From an uncultured Acidobacteriota bacterium (GTDB lineage: Bacteria; Acidobacteriota; Vicinamibacteria; Fen-336), in assembly GCA_964574335.1 (NCBI GenBank), contig CAZNNH010000004.1, positions 28,724 through 92,723 on the forward strand: DNA of 64,000 bases, in the 5' to 3' direction. Positions 27,084-33,471 of the stretch are shown piece after piece. Position 1 is the first letter of the stretch; every line of letters begins with the position of its first letter. Position numbers and translations under genes: made by a program. The notes beneath the pieces are model-generated. The model ran no database searches. It had not been told where the DNA came from and worked only from the letters and a program-made list of their open reading frames with translations.

Positions 27084-27788
27084 TCACCTCCGAGCCTCGG
27101 CCCGTCGTCGCCCTGGCCGTGCCATCCCCCCACCCCCGGGCTGCTGGGCGCGCAGCAGCAGACGGGTCAGCTCCTCGCGTCCCCGGTTGATCCGGCTCTT
27201 GACCGTCCCCTCGGGCAGCCGCAGCCGGTCCGCCATCTCCTGGTAGCTGAGCCCCTGGAGGTCGCGGAGCACGACCGCCTCCCGCAGCTTGTCGGGGAGC
27301 AGCTCGAGGCCTCGACGGAGGAAACCCCTCCGGTCGAGGTCCTCGAGGGTGCGGTGTGGGTTGCCGTACTTCGCCGGAGCCAGATCGAAGGCCACCAGGT
27401 CCTCGACCAGGACCTCTCGCTCCCGCTTGCGGGCCCGGTAGTGGTCGATGCAGTAGTTGCGGGCCACGCTGGACAGCCAGGTAGAGAAGTCGGCGTCCCG
27501 GTGGAACTTGTCCAGGCTCTTGAAGACCTTCAGGAACACCTCCTGGGTCAGGTCCTCCGCCTGATCGTGCTTGCCCGTGAACTTGTAGGCGATGTGGAAG
27601 ACCTTCCTCCGGAAGCGAGTGACGATTTGCTCCCAGGCGGCGTTGTCTCTGCGCAGGCAGCGCTCGATCAGCTCGCCGTCGGATGCCGTCACTCTACCCC
27701 CGGCCGAGGGCTGCGCTCTGGGTTGGGTTCCCGCCGTGCTCCGACCTTCCTGGGTTCGGATGATAGGTGGCGATGCCGACAGAATCAA
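27084..27788 (-). CDS. ECF-type sigma-70 family RNA polymerase sigma factor
   Basis: Region 2 (DLTQEVFLKVFKSL...WLSSVARNYCIDHYR) and region 4 (LSYQEMADRLRLPEGTVKSRI) are present. The true start may be internal. Confidence 0.8.
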   Translation of the reverse strand: MILSASPPIIRTQEGRSTAGTQPRAQPSAGGRVTASDGELIERCLRRDNAAWEQIVTRFRRKVFHIAYKFTGKHDQAEDLTQEVFLKVFKSLDKFHRDADFSTWLSSVARNYCIDHYRARKREREVLVEDLVAFDLAPAKYGNPHRTLEDLDRRGFLRRGLELLPDKLREAVVLRDLQGLSYQEMADRLRLPEGTVKSRINRGREELTRLLLRAQQPGGGGMARPGRRRAEARR

Positions 27789-27801
27789 ACCAGGCGGGCA
27801 G

Positions 27802-28632
27802 CTACTGAAGCACGGGTCGCCCCGCCTGGCTCCAAGCCGTGAACCAGAAGCTCCCGCACTCGCCGGCGGCCTGGCTCAGCCGACCGCTGATGATGTCGCG
27901 GATGCGATCGGCCAGGGCCTCGTAGTAGAGCTCGGTGTAGCCGCCCCGGCCGCGGTGGGCGAGGTCTTCCTCGTAGAGCAGGTTGTCGACCCAGATGTAG
28001 CTGGCCAGGATCAAGCCGAAGACGTGCTCGTACGGGTCGTCCAGGAAGTGAGCGGCGTCCGGTTTCACCTTGATCGCCTTCTCGGCGGCCTCGGGGAACT
28101 TCTGGCTCAGGCGCACCCAGAGCCCGTGCTGTTCGGTCATCTGCCCGTCGAAGTTCTCGGTCAGGGCCAGTGGGTTGTGCAGGTCGGTCACCAGGCTGGC
28201 GAGGGTGTCGGACTCGGCGAGAATGCGCCCCTTGTCAGCGGCGCGGAAGGCCTCTACCAGGCGGGCGTAGGCGTCGTCGATGAGCCACGGTAGGCGACCG
28301 ACCCTGTCGGCTGTCGCGCCGAAACGCGCCTTCAGCTCCTTTTCGGAGCGGGGTATGTCGCGGAACGGGAACGGGGCCACCAGATCGGCCGCGAACCGTC
28401 GCTCCGGTCCCTCTGTAGGCAACTCGGCATCTGGGGCCAGGCTGGGAAGCTCGTCGCGGTGGTCACGGTAGAACTTCTTGAGCCCCTTGGGCAGGGTATC
28501 GACCGCAGCGGAGGTGACCAGTCGGTGCGCCACCGGGCCCCACGCCCAAGCGGCCCCAGGATTGAGGGCCAACGTCGCCGCCAGGCACGCACCCACCAAC
28601 ACCGGCCACCGTCGCTCCCGCGGGTCGATCAT
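27802..28632 (-). CDS. Secreted protein that may have an S1/P1-nuclease or zinc phospholipase C-like fold
   Basis: A signal peptide is followed by a mature N-terminus WGPVAH, matching the WGxxGH start of the S1/P1 family. Multiple His/Asp residues are present. The assignment rests on motifs only. Confidence 0.35.
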   Translation of the reverse strand: MIDPRERRWPVLVGACLAATLALNPGAAWAWGPVAHRLVTSAAVDTLPKGLKKFYRDHRDELPSLAPDAELPTEGPERRFAADLVAPFPFRDIPRSEKELKARFGATADRVGRLPWLIDDAYARLVEAFRAADKGRILAESDTLASLVTDLHNPLALTENFDGQMTEQHGLWVRLSQKFPEAAEKAIKVKPDAAHFLDDPYEHVFGLILASYIWVDNLLYEEDLAHRGRGGYTELYYEALADRIRDIISGRLSQAAGECGSFWFTAWSQAGRPVLQ

Positions 28633-28648
28633 CGTCTCCCTCCACTCT

Positions 28649-29374
28649 TCACCGAGCCACCCGCGCCACCGTCAGCAGGCGGACCGCACGCGCCCCGGCC
28701 TGCCGAAGCGCCGAAGCACAGGCACGGCTGGTGGCCCCGGTCGTACACACGTCGTCCACCAGCACGACCTTCTTTCCATGAATCCGAGCCCGACGTCGAA
28801 CCACGAACGCGCCGGCTACGTTTCGGCGTCGGCCCGCCGCCGAGAGCCCGGTTTGTGGCGCTGTCTCCTTGCGGCGGGTCAGGGCGTCCTTCTCCACCGG
28901 GACACCCGCCCGTCGCGCCAGCGCCGTGGCGATCAGCTCGGCCTGATTGTAGCCGCGCTGCCGGCGCCTTCGCGGGTGGAGGGGAATCGGCACCACCACC
29001 GCCCCCGGATCGAAGAGCGCCCGCACCTCTGCCTCCCGCCACAGTAGCTCGGCGAGCCGCCCCGACACCCGCTGGCGGCCCTTGAACTTGAGCTCCTGAA
29101 CCAGGATCTTGAGGGGGCCTTCGTAGGGACCGAGGCTGGCCCCTGCGTCGAAGTGGGAGAGCCCCCGCCGACATCGCCCGCAGGGTCCAGAAACGGTCTC
29201 GGGCAGGATCGTGCCACACTCACAGGCCCCGCCGCGGTGGCGCGGGAGACGTTGCCAGCACCGCTCGCACAGCGGCCCCTGCAGAGGTCGCTCGACCGGG
29301 TCGCTGCACGCCGGGCAACGAGCCGGAAAGACCAGGGCCAGGACCGGGTCGATCACCCGTGCCAGAGAAGCCAT
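28649..29374 (-). CDS. comF: ComF-family protein (phosphoribosyltransferase-domain competence protein)
   Basis: An N-terminal C4 zinc ribbon (CPACSD...CERC) is followed by a C-terminal PRTase motif VVLVDDVCTTGAT. Confidence 0.8.
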   Translation of the reverse strand: MASLARVIDPVLALVFPARCPACSDPVERPLQGPLCERCWQRLPRHRGGACECGTILPETVSGPCGRCRRGLSHFDAGASLGPYEGPLKILVQELKFKGRQRVSGRLAELLWREAEVRALFDPGAVVVPIPLHPRRRRQRGYNQAELIATALARRAGVPVEKDALTRRKETAPQTGLSAAGRRRNVAGAFVVRRRARIHGKKVVLVDDVCTTGATSRACASALRQAGARAVRLLTVARVAR

Positions 29375-29386
29375 CCCCGGCTACCG

Positions 29387-29740
29387 CTAGAGCAACCCCT
29401 GCTCTTGGAGCTGCTGGCAAGCGATACAGTGGGGGGCCCAAGGCACCGCATCGAGGCGCCGCTTCTCGATCTCGCCACTGCAGGCGATGCAGGTGCCGAA
29501 GCGACGGTCCTCGATGCGCAGCAGCGCCTCGTCGACGAGGTGGAGCATCTCCCGCTCCGAGTTCGAGAGGCTGAACAAGAACTCCTTGGTGTATGAGTTC
29601 GAGGCCTTGTCGGCGATGTCCTGGGCCCCTTCCCCGTCGGCTTCCATGCCGTAGCTCTTGTTCTTGTTGTAGGCCCGGAGTATCTCCTGCTTTCGCTGGA
29701 TCAGTTGATCCCTGAAGCCCTTCAGCTTTTTCTGGTCCAT
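29387..29740 (-). CDS. DksA/TraR-family C4 zinc-finger protein
   Basis: A 117-aa protein with a coiled-coil plus CIACSGEIE...CIAC motif. Confidence 0.75.
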   Translation of the reverse strand: MDQKKLKGFRDQLIQRKQEILRAYNKNKSYGMEADGEGAQDIADKASNSYTKEFLFSLSNSEREMLHLVDEALLRIEDRRFGTCIACSGEIEKRRLDAVPWAPHCIACQQLQEQGLL

Positions 29741-29795
29741 TCTAGGGCCGTCTCCTCATGTCTCTGGGCACCCGGTCGGGCCGCTCGGACCCATC

Positions 29796-30746
29796 TCACG
29801 GGATCCCGTATCGCTTGCGTTTCTCCCACAGCGCCTTGCGGCTGATCCCCAGGATCGAGGCCGCCCTGGTCTGGCTGCCGCCCACCACCTCGAGCACGTG
29901 CCGGATGTAGGCCTGCTCCACGTCGCGCAATGACAGGTAGCGCTCGCGTCCGGCCCACAACGTGGTCGGCTGTTCGAGCAGGTGGCCGGGGAAGGCCGAG
30001 CACCGGATGGTGTCGCCGTCGGCATACAGGGCCGCCCGCTCGACCACCGACCGGAGCTCCCGGACGTTCCCCGGCCAGGCGTAGCCCCGCAGCAGGGACA
30101 GCGCCTCGTCGTCGAAGCCCCGGGCCCCGGTGGTGCCGCGGGTGCGTTCCCGGGCCAGGAACCGCTCCGCCAGCGGGCGGATGTCCTCGCGCCGGCTGCG
30201 GAGTGGCGGCAACGTCAGCGGGACGACGCTCAGCCGATGGAACAGATCCTCGCGGAAGGTCCCCTCGGCCACCGCGGCCCGCAGATCGATGTTCGAGGAG
30301 GCCACGAACCGGACGTCGACCTCGAGGGTGCGGGTCCCCCCCAGCCGCTCGAAGCGGCGGTCCTCCACCACCCTCAGCAGCTTGGCCTGCAGGGGGAGGG
30401 TCAGATCCTGTATCTGATCAAAGTACAGCGTGCCCCCGGCGGCCATCTCGATCTTGCCCGCCTTGGCCTGACGGGCGTCGGTGAAGGCGCCCCGCTCATG
30501 CCCGAACAGCTCCGACTCCAGCAGGTTCTCGGGGATCGACGGGCAGTGAACCTTCACGAAGGCGCTGTCGCGCCGCGGGCCCCCGTAGTGTAGCCAGTGG
30601 GCGAGCAGGTCCTTGCCGGTACCGCTCTCTCCCTCGAGCAGCACCGGGCTGCGGGCCGCCGCCAGGCGACCGGTGATCTCCAAGATCTCCCGCATCGCCG
30701 GCGAGGCCGCCACCACCCCGCTGGGAGCACCCAGGAGTGCCTCCAT
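29796..30746 (-). CDS. Sigma-54-dependent transcriptional activator, PspF-like (AAA+ plus Fis-HTH, no regulatory N-domain)
   Basis: It starts directly in the AAA+ domain (GESGTGKDLLA Walker A), has ESELFGHERGAFTDA (a GAFTGA variant) and a C-terminal HTH (RAASILGISRKALWEKRKRYGI). Confidence 0.8.
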   Translation of the reverse strand: MEALLGAPSGVVAASPAMREILEITGRLAAARSPVLLEGESGTGKDLLAHWLHYGGPRRDSAFVKVHCPSIPENLLESELFGHERGAFTDARQAKAGKIEMAAGGTLYFDQIQDLTLPLQAKLLRVVEDRRFERLGGTRTLEVDVRFVASSNIDLRAAVAEGTFREDLFHRLSVVPLTLPPLRSRREDIRPLAERFLARERTRGTTGARGFDDEALSLLRGYAWPGNVRELRSVVERAALYADGDTIRCSAFPGHLLEQPTTLWAGRERYLSLRDVEQAYIRHVLEVVGGSQTRAASILGISRKALWEKRKRYGIP

Positions 30747-31090
30747 CAGCCCGCCACCTCTCGACGTACCGCCGCACCCCAGAGCCGCTCAAGATCGTAG
30801 AAGTCTCGCGAGCGCGCGGTCATCACGTGGACCACGAAGTCCCCGTAGTCGATCAGGACCCACTCCTGCCGGGGATAGCCTTCGATGTGGCCGGGTCGCC
30901 GCTTCGTTTCCCGGAGTGCTTCGAGGATCGCATCGGCGATGGCCACCACCTGCCTCTGGTTGGCCCCGGAGGCGAGCAGGAAGTAGTCGGTGAGGGTGGC
31001 CTCTTCCCTGAGGTCCAGCACCACCACCTGACTCGCCTTCTTGTCGAGCGCGGCCGAGGCCGCCCGTTCGAGGCAGATCTCCAGGCTCAT
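30746..31090 (-). CDS. rsfS: Ribosomal silencing factor RsfS (iojap)
   Basis: This is the 114-aa tail of track ORF 30746..31693 (MSLEICLERAASAALDKKASQVVVLDLRE...). Its position directly after nadD is conserved. Confidence 0.85.
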   Translation of the reverse strand: MSLEICLERAASAALDKKASQVVVLDLREEATLTDYFLLASGANQRQVVAIADAILEALRETKRRPGHIEGYPRQEWVLIDYGDFVVHVMTARSRDFYDLERLWGAAVRREVAG

Positions 31091-31662
31091 CGGTAGAGGC
31101 CCCGCTTCTCGATGTGCTCGGCCACCGAGCTCGGCACCAGGAAACGGACGCTGTGCCCGTCGCGCACGGACCGCCGAACTGACGTGGCCGAGATGGCCAG
31201 CCCGGTGCCGGGGATCGGCCGGACGCCTGGCGGGGGATCGTCCGGCTCGAAGGGCAGCGGGTTGCCCGGCCGTGTCACCACCGCTACCGAGCAGAGGCTC
31301 AGGAGGCGATCGGGGTCCTTCCAGTGGCGCAGGTCGGGGTAGGTATCGCTGCCCACGATCAGGAACAGCCCGTCTTCCGGACGCTCTCGGGCCAGCGTCT
31401 CCAGCGTGTCCACGGTGTAGCTGGGGCCGTCTCGTCGCAGCTCGACGTCGCAGGCGACGAAGTGCGGGACACCCCGGGTGGCCAGGCAAACCATGGCGAA
31501 ACGGTCGAGGGGCGAAGACCTGGGCTGGTCGCGGTGGGGCGGCACATGGCAGGGAACGAAGACCACCTGGTCGAGCCGGAGGGCGTCGTAGGCACACTCG
31601 GCGGCGCGCAGGTGACCCAGGTGGATCGGGTCGAAGGTCCCGCCCATGAAGCCGACTCTCAC
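31087..31662 (-). CDS. nadD: Nicotinate-nucleotide adenylyltransferase
   Basis: MRVGFMGGTFDPIHLGHL, the (H/T)xGH nucleotidyltransferase motif. Length is 191 aa. Confidence 0.9.
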   Translation of the reverse strand: MRVGFMGGTFDPIHLGHLRAAECAYDALRLDQVVFVPCHVPPHRDQPRSSPLDRFAMVCLATRGVPHFVACDVELRRDGPSYTVDTLETLARERPEDGLFLIVGSDTYPDLRHWKDPDRLLSLCSVAVVTRPGNPLPFEPDDPPPGVRPIPGTGLAISATSVRRSVRDGHSVRFLVPSSVAEHIEKRGLYR

Positions 31663-32687
31663 GCCGGGCGCTCCAGTCCAGACGGCCCAACACCCCGCTG
31701 CAGGAGCCGCGCCATCGCCCGCTTCAGCTCCTGGACTCCGAGGCCGGATACCGACGACACCGGGATCACCGTCAGACCCAGCCCGGACGCCTCGTCGCGC
31801 AGCCGTGGGAGCGGATCGTCCCCGGGGTCAACCGCGTCCCGCTTGGTGGCCACGACCAACTGCGGCTTGTCCAGAAGCTCCGGGCTCCACAGCCGTACCT
31901 CCTCACGCACCATCTGGAAGGCCCCAACGGCGCTCTCTCCGGTCCCGACGCCGGTGTCCACCACGTGGACCAGGGCCCGGGTGCGCTGGACGTGACGCAG
32001 GAACTGAAGGCCCAGCCCGGCCCCGTGTCGGGCGCCCTCGATGATGCCGGGGATGTCGGCGGCCACGTACTGCGCCTGGTCGACCGCCACCATCCCCAAG
32101 ACCGGCGTCAGGGTGGTGAAGGGGTAGCTCGCCACCTTGGGCCGTGCCGCCGAGATGCTCGACAGAAGCGTCGACTTCCCCGCATTGGGGCAGCCCAGGA
32201 AGCCCACATCCGCAATCAGGCGTAGCTCCAGGCGCAGCCAGCGCTCCTCCCCGGGAGCGCCCGGGTCGGCCTGACGAGGGGCGCGATTCCGGTTGGAGAG
32301 GAAGCTCCGGTTGCCCCGGCCGCCCCGGCCACCGCTCGCCACTACCAGGCGCTCGCCGGGCCGGAGCACCTCCCCGATCAGCTCCTGGGACTCGTCGTCG
32401 AAGGCCAGCGTGCCGGGCGGGACCGGCACCAGCAGGTCCTCTCCGGAGCGACCGGAGCGGTTCCCCGAGCTGCCGTGGCGACCCCGCTGGGCGCGTAGCT
32501 CACTGTGGAAGCGCAAGGGGTAGAGGGTGTTGTGGTGAGGTGCTCCCAGCAGCGCCACGCTGCCGCCACACCCGCCGGAGCCGCCGTCAGGTCCCCCTCG
32601 CGGGACATGGGGCTCATGCCGGAAGCTCACGCATCCCCTCCCGCCGTCCCCCCCCTTCACGAAGATCCTGACGCGGTCGACGAACAT
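31659..32687 (-). CDS. obgE: GTPase Obg/CgtA
   Basis: An Obg fold N-domain (MFVDRVRIFVKGGDGGRGCVSFR), G1 GCPNAGKST and G-domain motifs. Confidence 0.95.
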   Translation of the reverse strand: MFVDRVRIFVKGGDGGRGCVSFRHEPHVPRGGPDGGSGGCGGSVALLGAPHHNTLYPLRFHSELRAQRGRHGSSGNRSGRSGEDLLVPVPPGTLAFDDESQELIGEVLRPGERLVVASGGRGGRGNRSFLSNRNRAPRQADPGAPGEERWLRLELRLIADVGFLGCPNAGKSTLLSSISAARPKVASYPFTTLTPVLGMVAVDQAQYVAADIPGIIEGARHGAGLGLQFLRHVQRTRALVHVVDTGVGTGESAVGAFQMVREEVRLWSPELLDKPQLVVATKRDAVDPGDDPLPRLRDEASGLGLTVIPVSSVSGLGVQELKRAMARLLQRGVGPSGLERPA

Positions 32688-32715
32688 GGCTCACCGCCTC
32701 GGGGGGCGGGGGGGA

Positions 32716-32976
32716 CTAGCCTTCGGCGGGGAGCACGCTGACCCGAAGCCCACGCGAGCCGTGGTCCTCGAATCGGACGAAGCCGTCGATCTTCGCGAAC
32801 AGCGTATGGTCTCGGCCCAGGCCGACGTTCCTTCCCGGTTTCCATCTGGTGCCGTGCTGGCGGATGATGATCGTCCCGCCGTTGACACGCTCTCCGCCGT
32901 AGCGCTTCACGCCAAGCCGCTGGGCGTTGCTGTCGCGGCCGTTGCGGCTCGAGCCCTGACCTTTTTTGTGCGCCAT
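32716..32976 (-). CDS. rpmA: 50S ribosomal protein L27
   Basis: [29 protein letters not shown]..., the canonical L27 sequence. Confidence 0.95.
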   Translation of the reverse strand: MAHKKGQGSSRNGRDSNAQRLGVKRYGGERVNGGTIIIRQHGTRWKPGRNVGLGRDHTLFAKIDGFVRFEDHGSRGLRVSVLPAEG

Positions 32977-33053
32977 CTGAGAACCACCCTCATCCCGAAT
33001 CTGCCGTGGCGTGCCGGGGCGGCACGCCAGGCGGCCGGGCCCTTGTTGGACGC

Positions 33054-33365
33054 TCAGCCTTCGATCTGGTCGATCCGGAGTGTCGTGACCGACTGCCGAT
33101 GGCCTCGGGTACGGCGATAGCCCTTACGCTTCTTGTACTTGAAGACCCGTACCTTGCGATCGCGTCCTTGTTCGAGGACCGTGCCCAGGACGGCCGCGCT
33201 CTCGATCCGAGGCTTTCCCACCCGGGCTTCCCCGTCGCCGGCCACGAGCAGCACGTCTCCCAGCCGCACGCTCTCCCCAGACGCCGCGGCCAGGCGTTCG
33301 ACCCGGATCACGTCCCCGGGCTCGACACGGTACTGCTTGCCGCCCGTCCTCACGATTGCGTACAC
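33054..33365 (-). CDS. rplU: 50S ribosomal protein L21
   Basis: [23 protein letters not shown]..., the canonical L21 sequence. Confidence 0.95.
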   Translation of the reverse strand: MYAIVRTGGKQYRVEPGDVIRVERLAAASGESVRLGDVLLVAGDGEARVGKPRIESAAVLGTVLEQGRDRKVRVFKYKKRKGYRRTRGHRQSVTTLRIDQIEG

Positions 33366-33471
33366 TGCTTCGCCTCCTCCGGCGTCATCACGCCGAAACC
33401 CCAGTGTTTACCACGGGTTTGGCGCCGCGTCAACCGAAGAAGCGGCGGAGGCGACTGCCGCCGCCGGGGGG

